Positions 1 to 11,018 are shown, counted from the stretch's first letter. The stretch is 64,000 bases of DNA from Pseudovirgaria hyperparasitica (GCA_010093815.1 ML996582.1); one strand, 5' to 3'. Notes: generated by a model not told the origin, from the letters alone. Numbers and translations are program-made.

Positions 1-3000
1 CACGAAATTATTCGGGGAGAGCCGTTCTCGCATACACGGCATTTTACACGGCATAGTCCGGACACTGTGGACTATGCAGACTTTGAGGACGATGAAGATG
101 AAAGTGACGACGACAGATTTGCAGCCGCGTATGATAGTACAGACGTGGATGAGACCGAGGACGGAGACGAGGACGAAGATAAAGACGAAATATACGACGA
201 CAAAGAACAGGATTCGATGATCGGAATAGAGAAAGACATGGATGACCGGGGTGATAGTGAACACGCTTCTCTGCGATCTGATTCTGATGAGGCCTCAGAA
301 GAGGTTGACACCAGTGGTGAAGATGGAATAGACAGCGAGGACGAGCAGTCACAGAATATGGGACGATCAACACAACACGATAGGAACTCTCAAGCTACTC
401 TTGTCATTGTCGACCTTGCAAACGATAGCGATGATCAGACTGAAGAAGTCGTTCCAAGACCTGCGCGGACAAAACACGTAATCGACCCTTCGATCGGCCA
501 CAATGGGGTGGGCGACAGCGATCAAGGTCAGCTTCGAACTCTGTCGCTGCCCGAACAGCATCTCGCTCCAAAAGTCGACACTGCAATGAAGCCCACATAC
601 TTATCACCGAATACGTCCGTTCCTCTAAGCAATACCGCTCCCCACACTCCTATATTGGATCCACTGAAGTCCCCAGTGCTGCCTCTCGTGTCACCATTTC
701 CGCATGATTTCGCACCTTCACTGGTTGAGACTTTACTTGGGCCTGACAGCCAACACATGACCGCGGGGCTCTCACAGACTGCTATCATTGCGAACCGGCC
801 AGAAAGTATTTTCAGCCTGCAGTCCCACGTGCAGATACTGCAAGACAATACATCAACGGCTCCAGAGAAAGATCAGGAAGGTTCCGAATATGTTGGGGCA
901 CAAGCACTAGCTTTATATCGTCAAGACTTTCAGGATTCGATAGGGACGCTTGTTCATGAACCTCAGCACGACCCGCATAAGACTAATATACGTATCAGTG
1001 ATCTGAGCAGAACTGCAGAAAACTTACTACAAGACAATACAGATGTCGCAGCTCCAAATATTAATGACGAAATCTCGATCCAGGGGTCCATTGTAAGCAT
1101 CGTAAACCATTCAAAGCAGCATAGTGTGGATTCTATTCATCAAGCATCTGAAGATTCTCGAGCTGTCACTCGATCGGCAGAAAATGGGACAGAAGAGATA
1201 GAAGCTCAATCTCGCGAGGATTACCAAGCTTGCCGTTTGTCTGTTTCCGCAGCGGACGAGTCACAACTTGATCGAGGAAGGGTAATATATGAAGCCGCTA
1301 ATGGAAAGATGCACCCGCCTAGTAGCAGCTTCATATCGCCCCAGTCGAGCACCAATCCAGACATATATGGAATTCCACCTTCTACAGAGACAACAATTAT
1401 CGATCTTGGCAGCGACGACGAAGATAGTGAAGTTGATCATAACAGATCTATCTCTAAAGACCAACCCCCGGACACTGAAACTTCGGAGGATCATCTTTCG
1501 ATGCGAACCTCGCAGGATCAGGCGGAGGATACTGACATATGCGATAACGGTACGAACGAGGGCCGCGATGAGGAATATACTAGCCTACACACTGGTGGAG
1601 ATGCTAGAGATGGCTATGATTATGGCGAAGACGTCGACAATGCTTTGTCATCGCCATCATCATCGCTGTCTAGTTTGCCAGAACTTTCTGTGTTGTTAAC
1701 ACAGACAGCGTCTCAGCACAAAGCCCCCCAACATCGAGTGAAAGGCAAAGTAGAGCCGCCGAAGTCGTCTCTGAAAGGTAGCAGAAGATCTACAGAACAT
1801 GTCTTATTTGTCAAAGACTCGGAGGAGCCCAGTCTGCTCTCAGATGCAACAATCTCTACGCAAGTTACCTCTGATGCCGATACGGATTTCCCCGGCGACT
1901 TACGTGATCATGAAACTGGCACAGGTTCTATGGCAGTGGTCAATGCTGTCGATGATGTTCCCATTACTGATACGATACGAAACTGGAAGGATCTAGACTC
2001 GGATATGCTTCCCGATAGAAACCCCGTGGAACCACCGCAAGAGCCTCAAATCACACAAGCAATATCTCAGGTAGTCTCCGATACTTATGTTTCGCGACCA
2101 GGAGATCTTAATCTCGACTCACCCCTTTCGTCTGGGGCTAATGAGACGGAAGCCCCAGTTGACCTGCCAGACACAAAAGGATTCGAGAACATCACAGGGC
2201 ATGACCTCGACCTTGACCTAGCAGACTATTCACAGGACCATACACCAAGTAGTTTTCACGGGCAAGAGGTTGTTTCAACTCCATCAGCTAAAATTATTGC
2301 ATATGCTTTAAATAAAAGACCATCTGAGCGGAATGCCGTTGGCTATGGCGCTAGTCAAGACGAAGTAGTCGACGGGACTACGAGCTATTCTCCGTCGCAG
2401 ATGGAGGACCTTGATAACCACAGTGTCTCCTCTTACACCACTGCCCACATACCCAAAGTTGTCTCGTGTCCTCCTCCTCTGGTTATCGAGGAGACAAATG
2501 TGGACACACAGCCTGACACCCAGGAGGAGTCATATGTCCAAAACGCAGTGCAATTGCTTATAAGCTCCCCACCGAACAGTACCAAGGAGCCAATGATTAC
2601 CACTGCTCTTTCGCCTCCGAACATGCAAATAGCCCACCTCATCTCGTCTCCTCCTGCGACCATCCAGGAAACATATGATGCTCGGACACAAGAGGATTCC
2701 GCAGGAGCTTCCCAAAGGCTCCCGGCGAACAGGGTTCACCATCAAAGTGATAACGAGCCGTACTCCCCACTCAACGACTCTCGTCTCGTGGAAGTGAACA
2801 CCCAAGTGAATGGAGAAGTGAACTTTGAACCTGACTTGCCTGGCCCAGAGAGGAATTATGTGCCGGACTCCGTGGTTACCTACTCGAACCTAAAGCTTCC
2901 CTCGCAAGTGTCCACTCCTCAGTTTATCATAAGTAATGACTATTCTGCGACGAGGTTCGAAACTCTCCCATATACACCAGACCCGAGTCAGCTGGAGACT

Positions 3001-4137
3001 AATGGTCTAAGAGAGTACTCCCAATTAGCTCAAGTTGACAGTATCATGCCAATAACACCTCAATTAACGCAACAAACCAATTCGGATTTTTCGATGAGAT
3101 CCCACGACTCAGATGTCGGCCAAGAGCTGGAGATGATGCAAGAAGGCGAAGGTCAACTACGCACTGGGGCTCCATATCGTCCCGGTTTGCAGAATGAGCA
3201 AGTCACACCGGCCGTAACTAAAGATAACACAACGAAGGACGTCGAAACAGATCAGAGTCCCAAGGGTTCCAGGCCCAAAAGGAAAAGTGATGTTCCTAGG
3301 ATTCTATCGCCATGGTTCGCCCCGAGTAGCGGAAATCAACCCAAAAGCCTACGGGCGAACGAAATCAAGGAAGTATCTCAGGGTATAGGAACCCCAAGCC
3401 CACAATTGAGTGATTCGCCTTCACGTCATCTGCGCTCCCACTCAAAGAAAGTTTTGAAGGAGAATGTCAACATTTCGCCCAACAAGACCAACGACGATGC
3501 TTTGACGTCTCCATCAAAGCCAGTAGCCGGACATACACAGGGCTTGCGGACCTCGATGTCTTACTATAGTCCCCTTCTATCCATTCAAGGACACCTCAAC
3601 GGCCATACGGCTTCACTCGATGTACTTGCCCTCTGTTTGACGATCAACAAGCGATCTATGCGCACACCTAAAGGTGCGCGTGACTATTACACCTCTTTCT
3701 TCATCACAGACACAAGTATATACCCCCAGCGCCGTAATGTGCAGTGTTTCAGGCCGTGGAAAGCCGCTCTCCCTGAGACTGCGCCCGGTGACGTCGTCTT
3801 GTTGCGCGAGATGAAAGTTCGAGGTTACAAGACCAAAAAAGGCGACAGTGCTACTGGACTTTACAGCGGCGAGGGAAGCGCGTGGTGCGTCTGGAGATTT
3901 GACGAAAGTGCTCAAGACAATAAGCCAATCTGGGCTGTCAAGCATGATGCCGGGACAAGGCTTGGCAAGGAGGAGATCAAAGGCCCACCAGTAGAGATAG
4001 GCGACGACGAAAGGAAGGAGGCGAGGAGACTAAGGCAGTGGTGGCTCGAAGAGGTTCGAGAGGACGTCGACGAGAGCACCTTCGCTCTAGGCATTCCCGA
4101 GAGTGAAGACAATGCGTTCTTGCAAGCACAGAACTGA
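1..4137 (+). CDS. Large acidic, intrinsically disordered protein with C-terminal POT1/Cdc13-type OB-fold domain (5'-partial)
   Basis: Frame is open from base 1 to TGA at 4135-4137. About 1150 aa of D/E/S/P-rich low complexity, then a globular region (GLRTSMSYYSPL...LDVLAL...KGARDYYTSFFITDTS...VQCFRPWKAALP...GDVVLLREMKV...SAWCVW) with the POT1 OB pattern. The true start lies outside the window. Confidence 0.8.
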   Translation, partial: HEIIRGEPFSHTRHFTRHSPDTVDYADFEDDEDESDDDRFAAAYDSTDVDETEDGDEDEDKDEIYDDKEQDSMIGIEKDMDDRGDSEHASLRSDSDEASEEVDTSGEDGIDSEDEQSQNMGRSTQHDRNSQATLVIVDLANDSDDQTEEVVPRPARTKHVIDPSIGHNGVGDSDQGQLRTLSLPEQHLAPKVDTAMKPTYLSPNTSVPLSNTAPHTPILDPLKSPVLPLVSPFPHDFAPSLVETLLGPDSQHMTAGLSQTAIIANRPESIFSLQSHVQILQDNTSTAPEKDQEGSEYVGAQALALYRQDFQDSIGTLVHEPQHDPHKTNIRISDLSRTAENLLQDNTDVAAPNINDEISIQGSIVSIVNHSKQHSVDSIHQASEDSRAVTRSAENGTEEIEAQSREDYQACRLSVSAADESQLDRGRVIYEAANGKMHPPSSSFISPQSSTNPDIYGIPPSTETTIIDLGSDDEDSEVDHNRSISKDQPPDTETSEDHLSMRTSQDQAEDTDICDNGTNEGRDEEYTSLHTGGDARDGYDYGEDVDNALSSPSSSLSSLPELSVLLTQTASQHKAPQHRVKGKVEPPKSSLKGSRRSTEHVLFVKDSEEPSLLSDATISTQVTSDADTDFPGDLRDHETGTGSMAVVNAVDDVPITDTIRNWKDLDSDMLPDRNPVEPPQEPQITQAISQVVSDTYVSRPGDLNLDSPLSSGANETEAPVDLPDTKGFENITGHDLDLDLADYSQDHTPSSFHGQEVVSTPSAKIIAYALNKRPSERNAVGYGASQDEVVDGTTSYSPSQMEDLDNHSVSSYTTAHIPKVVSCPPPLVIEETNVDTQPDTQEESYVQNAVQLLISSPPNSTKEPMITTALSPPNMQIAHLISSPPATIQETYDARTQEDSAGASQRLPANRVHHQSDNEPYSPLNDSRLVEVNTQVNGEVNFEPDLPGPERNYVPDSVVTYSNLKLPSQVSTPQFIISNDYSATRFETLPYTPDPSQLETNGLREYSQLAQVDSIMPITPQLTQQTNSDFSMRSHDSDVGQELEMMQEGEGQLRTGAPYRPGLQNEQVTPAVTKDNTTKDVETDQSPKGSRPKRKSDVPRILSPWFAPSSGNQPKSLRANEIKEVSQGIGTPSPQLSDSPSRHLRSHSKKVLKENVNISPNKTNDDALTSPSKPVAGHTQGLRTSMSYYSPLLSIQGHLNGHTASLDVLALCLTINKRSMRTPKGARDYYTSFFITDTSIYPQRRNVQCFRPWKAALPETAPGDVVLLREMKVRGYKTKKGDSATGLYSGEGSAWCVWRFDESAQDNKPIWAVKHDAGTRLGKEEIKGPPVEIGDDERKEARRLRQWWLEEVREDVDESTFALGIPESEDNAFLQAQN

Positions 4138-4554
4138 GTTATATCAGAGGCTAGACCAGGTCTGAGCTTCTTATCAAGAACAGTGGTGCATTCTATCTTG
4201 ATCAACAGGTATCCACCGTGCCAACACGTACATGTTTTATATAGTTACCTACATTCGACAGCTAATTGTCAACATTCTCATGGTCATGGAAACGCGGCTA
4301 TTGAACCGCATAGAGGCGGGCGTATCTCGAACTAGCCAGAAAATCAACAGATCTTCAAACCGCTTGTGTATCTACGTTGAGGCACTTCATTTGGAATGCT
4401 AGCAGCGTACATGTAACCACACTTGCTAAGATCCCATGCTCCATATCGCATCGCTAACTGCTTTGTCCCTCGCAGACCTGGAAAATATGTACAATGAAGT
4501 CAAAAAGGTCCAGTTCGCTCACTCGTTTGCCTACTCATCACTGAACAGATAGTA

Positions 4555-6307
4555 TCAGCCCCTAGGAGAAAACCTCCGCACATGGCTATGCGCATGCCCG
4601 TGACCATGCCCGTGCCCGTGCCCGTATCCTTGATGCTGGCATCCGACCCTCGTCGGCGTAGCTCCAGGAGTTGAGCCGGGCAGACCGAGTGTAGGCGTCA
4701 AAAGTGTCGAGTTCGACGGCTTCAAAGCACCAGAAGAAACTGGGCCCGGCGTCGGAAGCACACCCACCACCGACGACGCCAAGCCTCCCGCCGAAGACAG
4801 GGGCTGCGACGACGATAACGCTCCGACACTCACACTCACACTCACACTCATGCTAAACGCCGACGAAACCGCTGACGACGACACGACCTCCTTCCCAACA
4901 TCACCACCAGTCTCCACACTTGCTCCTACGAGCGGTCGCAGCGGCGTGACGCCTGGATAGAAACTCGTTGGAATCGTGGGCACGGGGATACTCAGCGACG
5001 TGCCAAACCCGTTCTGCAGGTTCGCCTCCATGCTCGGTACCACATATCCGGACGGCGCAGCCGTCAGCGTAGACGTCACGGCATCGTACGCATCACTGAC
5101 GCCAGCGCCGTCACCAGCCAGACACGCACCTGCACCATAGGCACTGCGACATACGTGTGTCGCCGCGTCGCCGATCTCAGTCCACATGGCAAAGTCCGAG
5201 ACGGCGACATCGACACACGGGGCCCCGTCGGCGCAGACGATTTTGACCGGGCCGCGCTGTAGTGCGTTTGCGGCGGTGCCGCGCCAGGCGGATACGGAGA
5301 GGTTGGAGACGGCTACGCCGGCGCCGGAGGCGGCGCTGATAGAGGCCCAGTACTGGTCGATGTCGAGCGAATATGCGTTTGCGTGGCCGATGAAGGCCTC
5401 GAGGGCGATGTTTGAGACGGAGCCGGAGCCGCCGTGGGATTTGAGCATGAACATCTGGTTTGAGGCCCAGGTGTAGATGTTGCGGTAGTGGATATTGGAG
5501 ATGTTTGTGTCGGCCCCGAGGGAGCCCATGGCGCAGCCGCCGGAGCGGTTGCAGTAGATGCTCTCGATGAGGATGTTGTGTGCCGGGGATTTCACGGTTA
5601 CGCATTCGTCTTTGTTTGTGACTTCGATCTGGGGGAGGGATTAGTTGGGTTTATGAGGTTGGGGGGACAGGGGGACGGACGTCGTGGATGTGGATGTTCT
5701 CGCTCCAGACGTCGATACCGTCGAGGCCGCCGGCATCGCCGCCGCGGATGGCCATGTTGTAGACCTCGCCATTGGTGCATGTGTCTAGAGAGAAGTGGAA
5801 CGAAGGCGCGTCCGTTAAGGCGATATCGTGGACGGAGAAGTCCGAGACTTTGAATAATCTAAGAATACGAGCGCCGCTCATGCTGCCCTGGGCATGGATC
5901 TCGTAGCCGTTTCCTTGCACGGCGCCTTTCGAGGTGCTGCTGAACATCTCAAAATCGCTGGTGTGTTGGATGAAGATCATATTGCCGCCGTCAGTACCAG
6001 TTCGGTGTATGGTACCGTCAAGCTGAAGGGCCCATTTCGATCCCCCTGACAGACTTGCCCACGTTTCCAGCGCATAGTCTCCGGCAGGAATGATGACGAC
6101 ACCACCAGTTTTGCAATCTGCGAAGGCGGATACAAGAGGAGGCCCCAAGTCAATGGTCTTGTCGGCTTTGGCGCCGTAGTCAAGGACATTGCAGGTTTTG
6201 GTAGCTGACTTTGTGGCAATTGAGGTCAATGGACCAACGGTGCCCGAAAGTTGGCCTGCAACAATCCCTGCCGTGGCTACAACGTACCAGAATGAATGAA
6301 CTAACAT
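4555..6307 (-). CDS. rhgA: Secreted rhamnogalacturonase (GH28, RhgA-like), 566 aa; exons 6307-5681 and 5628-4555
   Basis: Signal peptide [18 protein letters not shown], mature start [19 protein letters not shown]. Removing a 52-nt GT..CTAAT..AG intron (5680-5629) restores GLDGIDVW...[17 protein letters not shown]. Also [13 protein letters not shown], then a Ser/Thr/Pro-rich tail. Confidence 0.92.
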
Positions 6308-7015
6308 ACTTGAATAAAGCACCGTGAACGAGCGACTGAGAGAAAAGAATACAAGCAGATAAAGGAGTGTAATTTTGGTCGTGTTCAAAGAACAATGGAG
6401 GGAATAACCAAAGATTAAAGAAAGTACCAAATATGGCCTTGCACGCCACGAGTACGTCTCGTTTCCCATCGACATGGTTCATTGTTGGGTTTAAGATATT
6501 CTGTTCGCATAATACTACATTCTCGCATCTAAAAAAGATACGCGATTGGTGCATTATTTCACAACGGGTCCTTCATCTACCATTCAGACAGCCGGGACGT
6601 GGGCTCATCGTCGAATAGATGGATAGCCGCGTGGGTTGGCAGGGATACTGAAACGGTAGTCCCCGTCCCTTACAGCCACATCGCGGTCGAAGCTCAAGAG
6701 TGTATAAGCAAAGCAAACACAAAACCAACATATCCACTCATACTCAAAGACATTAAGTGAACCGACACTATGTTGCAGTCTCTAGAACGCCACTGTTAGC
6801 TAGAATCATACAAGATCCATATATCGAAGTCTCGTAGGCATTATGTGATTCGAACTTCCAGCGCGACGATCCACATCATGTCTCATTTTTCTTTGGTAGT
6901 TCTCCACAAACCTGAGTCATCGAGTGAGAGTCTCCTAACGCCGAGTCATGCACAATACCAGTCCAACTCCGTGCTGCAATAGCTGTTCGTGTCTCGAAAT
7001 GTCCCCATAATGTCC

Positions 7016-8010
7016 TCAATTCTTTGTACGCTTGGATTTTCGTTCACCCGTAGGGGCCTCTCCACTGGTCTTCGCCGCCTTGCTCTCCTTGGACTTGGTA
7101 GCATTTCTTTGGAAAGCCTCCTCAGGAGGCTCATCCGTGCAGGGTGTAGCTCTCTTCTTACTCCCTTTTGGTTTCGGCGCGTATCGGGCTTCTAGGTCCG
7201 CAAGAAAATTCCCAGCCCGAGACTTTTGCCGTTGCTGAATGAGAGCTGCCAAAGCGTCTTCACTTCCCTTCCCACCAGGTTTCTTACTGCCAGAACCAAA
7301 CAGCTTATCCGCAACGCCCAGTTCCTTCGCATATTCCATGGCTTCTTTCCCTTCGCTTTTTGCCTGGTTCATCCGTTGCTTTCGACTTTTTGCTGTCTCT
7401 TTGGTGTATTTAGGGTGATCCGGCAACTGACCTGACTTAATCGCCTCGTCCAGCCACTTCTTGAATCTTGGCTCGTCCTCTAGCGGATCGCTGAGCATTA
7501 TGACTGAGTATATCTGGTTTAAGTCGCCCTCATATTCTTCATATGCGTTGAACAGCGCCTGCCTCTCCTCGTCACTTCCTTTGTACTCCTTCTTGAACTT
7601 TTCAATTGCGTCCCCGGTGACCACATCCTCAAATTCAGCCTTGTAGAAGTCCATCCAGTTGAAGCCGTCATCGTCGAGGTCCAAAGACTCTTCCGTTCGA
7701 CCAGTGATATCATAGCGCTTGCGACGTCGCTCATCAGAGAGGATAGCGTATGCGAAGGCGATTTCTTGAAACTTCTTGTGTGCAGCTTCTTTGTTCTCTG
7801 GTTGCGCCTTGTCTGTATCATATTAGATAGTACTTCGCTCTTGAAAAGCAATCGGAATCATGTACCTGGATGGTGGATCAGCGCAGATTTGCGATATGCT
7901 GATTTGATTTGGTCGGCTGTTGCAGCCTTCTCGATGCCAAGAACCTCGTAAGGATTGATAGAGTTAGGAGGGTCTTCGAGCAACTCTTCGTCATCAAATC
8001 TTGCAGGCAT
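7016..8010 (-). CDS. DnaJ-domain protein, DNAJC9/Djc9-like, 313 aa; exons 8010-7866 and 7812-7016
   Basis: J-domain NPYEVLGI...IKSAYRKSALIHHP|DK; splicing the 53-nt intron 7865-7813 restores the HPD motif. YKGSDEE, EDALAALIQQRQ and FLADLEARY match the DNAJC9-type C-terminal region. Confidence 0.88.
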
Positions 8011-8083
8011 GATTAAGTGTTTGCTGTTTTGTGGAGTTAGTATAAAGGGCAAGCCAAAGATGGTTAATAGATGATGAGCCACC

Positions 8084-8094
8084 ACGCGACGCGT
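8084..8094. promoter_or_regulatory. Overlapping MCB-like elements (ACGCGA/ACGCGT) in the ~200-bp divergent promoter of the J-protein and deaminase genes
   Basis: Sequence ACGCGACGCGT. ACGCGT is the MBF (Mbp1/Swi6) consensus; function here is inferred. Confidence 0.4.
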
Positions 8095-8210
8095 CTGATT
8101 CACTAGCACAGCACTAGCGCGAACATTCTAACCAAGAGCGCTCCCGAGGCCACCACTTCACTTCATGTATTTGCGGCACATCTTACGACTCGGTCTCAGA
8201 CGCATGCAGT

Positions 8211-8732
8211 ATGTCTCGCGAAATAATTGCGCCCTTGGACCATACTGCATACCTTCGTCTTGCTCTTACAGAAGCACGGAAATCACCCCCAAAGGCTACA
8301 AACTTCTGCGTTGGTGCCGTGCTCGTCGATGAAGAACGCAATGAGGTTTTGGCAACAGGCTACACGCTCGAGCTTCCAGGAAACACACATGCTGAGCAAT
8401 GTTGTTTGATGAAATTTGCACAAACTAGAGGGGTTTCCGAGGACTCAGTTGGAGATATACTGCCGAAATCGACGGTCATCTACACTACCATGGAACCTTG
8501 CGTGTTCCGGCTCAGTGGGAATGCACCTTGCGTTGATCGTATCATACAGACGCAGCTTGGTGGCCATGAAGGTATCAGGATAGTCTATCTCGGCGTAAAG
8601 GAACCGGAGAAGTTTGTCGGAGAGAATGAGGGCCGTTCCAAGCTCCAAGCAGCGGGCGTCAAGAGCATACACGTTCCCGGATTGGAGGACGAAATACTTC
8701 AAGTAGCAACGGCTGGTCATGCGAAAGACTAG
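8211..8732 (+). CDS. Zn-dependent cytidine/dCMP-deaminase family protein, Rib2-type DRAP deaminase-like, 173 aa
   Basis: FCVGAVLV, TGYTLELPGNTHAEQ (HxE) and YTTMEPC...PC (PCx8C) zinc motifs; intronless. Confidence 0.85.
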   Translation: MSREIIAPLDHTAYLRLALTEARKSPPKATNFCVGAVLVDEERNEVLATGYTLELPGNTHAEQCCLMKFAQTRGVSEDSVGDILPKSTVIYTTMEPCVFRLSGNAPCVDRIIQTQLGGHEGIRIVYLGVKEPEKFVGENEGRSKLQAAGVKSIHVPGLEDEILQVATAGHAKD

Positions 8733-9092
8733 CAAATGCGATGAAGAGCGTTGTTATAGGTAAGAAATGGTTTTCTGTCGTATTACCACAATCCGATATT
8801 AGAATCCCATTCCCCTGTATCGCATTTAAGGGATCTGCGTCTTGGGTTACACGTGGGGAGCCTTTTTAGCGTGTTTATGTCGTCATGACTTTTCTACATA
8901 CGGCGAAGCGTGTCGGTGTGTATGTATGTTGATATATGACGTGCTATCGCTCGTATTATCTTACACCTTTGTATTCCCATTCCAATGCGTTCTCTCATCA
9001 ACCCTACTTTCACCTGTAAATCTCTGCGTTCGTTCCAATCGTCTAGATTCACCACATTGAAAGTATCGACTGCTCGCACTCAAACCACAAAT

Positions 9093-9917
9093 ATGTCTTC
9101 TCGTATGTTTATTCTTAGCTATTCGTCGACCTAGCCTGAACTAATTCAACCCTTCAAGTGAGCATCGATGTCCAGACCAAAGACCTCAAGTCTAAGCCAG
9201 GTGTCGAGCTTGATTCCGAGCAGAAGACTATCATAGGCAGCGTACTAGATCTTTTCAAAGGCCTTCCATCAAAAGAGAAATTGTCTCTGTGGAAGGACGA
9301 TGCTGTTTTCGAAGATCCATTGACTGACGCACGCGGTCGCTCGCAATTTGAGGCTCAATGGGTATATATTATTCCTTCCAATCTTGCTCGGCCCGCTAAA
9401 CATGCAACCAGTATGGTCTGGCTGCGGCTTTTTCGAAGATCGAATTACAGTCACATGAGGTTATCTCCGCCGGGAACCCAATAGTATTAGATGTGAAGAA
9501 CCTTTACACTGTCAAAGGAATCAACAAGGAACAACTCATCCAATCCAAGATAGAGATCTATGTTGGCCCAACGGGAAAGATTGAGAAGGTTCTCGATAAG
9601 TGGGATGGCAGTATTCCTGATGGACCCTTTGCAAGTGTGAGTAGCCCCTGGCAACTATTCAGTCCCTTTTGGTGGATCAAATATACCGAAGCCTGGGTTT
9701 TCTGGCTTTGGAGTTTAGTCTGGGGGACCAGGTTGTGGTGGGTGCGTGGTGCAATTCACCTGCATGTCATAAATTGCTCATCTATGGAAATAACACTGGT
9801 GAATAGACCTATACTGACTATTACATTCAGGCATTCCGCCGTCTCAACGCAAAGGTCGTTCCAGGATTTGTGTCTGTTCCAAAGGATGCTGCGGAGGAGG
9901 CCAAGAAGAGCTCTTAG
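9093..9917 (+). CDS. SnoaL/NTF2-like hypothetical protein; exons 9093-9102, 9159-9361, 9412-9636 (or -9741), 9831-9917; 174 or 209 aa
   Basis: Three GT-AG introns join the ORF fragments in frame: MSSL|SIDV...LWKDDAVFEDPLTDARGRSQFEAQW|YGLAAAF...GKIEKVLDKWDG...AS|AFRRLNAKVVP...KKSS*. DAVFEDP..A.GR and GKI....D.W are NTF2/SnoaL-like hallmarks. Confidence 0.8.
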
Positions 9918-10042
9918 TTCACTAAATGGATTTTCATGTATCATGACCATAGGGCATCAAATATAACGAAGTTATCATATAAATCTTACACAGATCATTT
10001 AGAATGTTGCCGTGCTGTGCGGATGTTTCGATGTTCAATTAA

Positions 10043-10058
10043 GTCACGTGCACACGTG
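10043..10058. promoter_or_regulatory. Tandem E-boxes (GTCACGTG, CACGTG) ~90 bp upstream of stn1
   Basis: CACGTG at 10045-10050 and 10053-10058 (bHLH/Cbf1-type consensus); function is inferred. Confidence 0.3.
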
Positions 10059-10144
10059 GAAGCGCGTCTGGCCCGACACGTCACCCTGCCCAGAGGAATC
10101 TCTACTTCTCAGGTTCACACCATATCAATAAGCAACATTATGAC

Positions 10145-11018
10145 ATGACGACGCGAAGAAGTCAGCAGGCTCAGAATAACGATATATACCCGGCGCGTTA
10201 CTTCAAGGCTTCACGGACGTATGATGCTTGGGTACATTTGACTTGCAGCGATGTGCACGCTCTCCGTGCGGTGCGAGGCTTTGAGGGTACGTCTGTCGAG
10301 CATCGTGCATCAGATGGCTCAATTCGATGATGGGACACTATCATATTCTGCTCTCAGAGTGACAACTGACAATTGCGCAGGTCAGCAACTGCTCTTTCAC
10401 CGAAACCATCCGATCCGATTCGTACGAATAACCGGGCCGATCAACAGTATAACCGATCTCTCTGCCAGATTTACTCTATTTACGATCGATGATAGCAGTG
10501 GCAGCACCCTCGAGATTAAGGTCCCTCGATTGCCTGCGGAAATTGCCGACTCTCCCGAGTGCCCTTCCAATACTGCGATCGATAATTTGAACGTTCATAC
10601 AGCACTTGGGATTTTCGACGTAGTCGTTGACGACATCGTTCTTGATATTGGCACTGTTGTGAGCACGAAAGGCATCGTTTGCGAGTTCCGGGGCATCAGA
10701 CAATTGGACCTGAAGAGGATCAAAGTTCTGAAGACTACGTTGGAGGAAGCGCGCTTATGGGCTAATATGTCCAAATTCAAGAACGATGTGCTGAATCAAT
10801 CGTGGGTCCTGACTCCCGAAGAACGAGCAAAGCTAGATCTTCGGGCCGCAGCGGAAGAAGAGAAGGATAGAAGGAAGCAGAAGGAGTGGGCCGTGTATCG
10901 GAATAAGAAAGCTGAGAGAAAGAGATTGGCAGAGGAGAAGCGCAGAGAGAAAGCCGAAAAATACGAACGGCGGAGGTTAAGAGAAGAAGAGAAGATGAAT
11001 CAAGGAGCATTGATTTGA
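10145..11018 (+). CDS. STN1: CST complex subunit Stn1-like OB-fold protein, 259 aa; exons 10145-10286 and 10381-11018
   Basis: A 94-nt intron (GTACGT...CTGAC...CAG) joins ...GFE|GQQLLFHRNHPIRFVRITG...FTIDDSSG...LDIGTVVSTKG...FRGIRQL...EEARLW, matching the Stn1 N-terminal OB motifs (NHPI, DDSSG, E...W). Confidence 0.8.

Noticed and set aside
8730..8744. Leaky-stop context TAG CAA after the deaminase
   Set aside because: Readthrough would add only X-Q-M-R, with no PTS1 or other signal.
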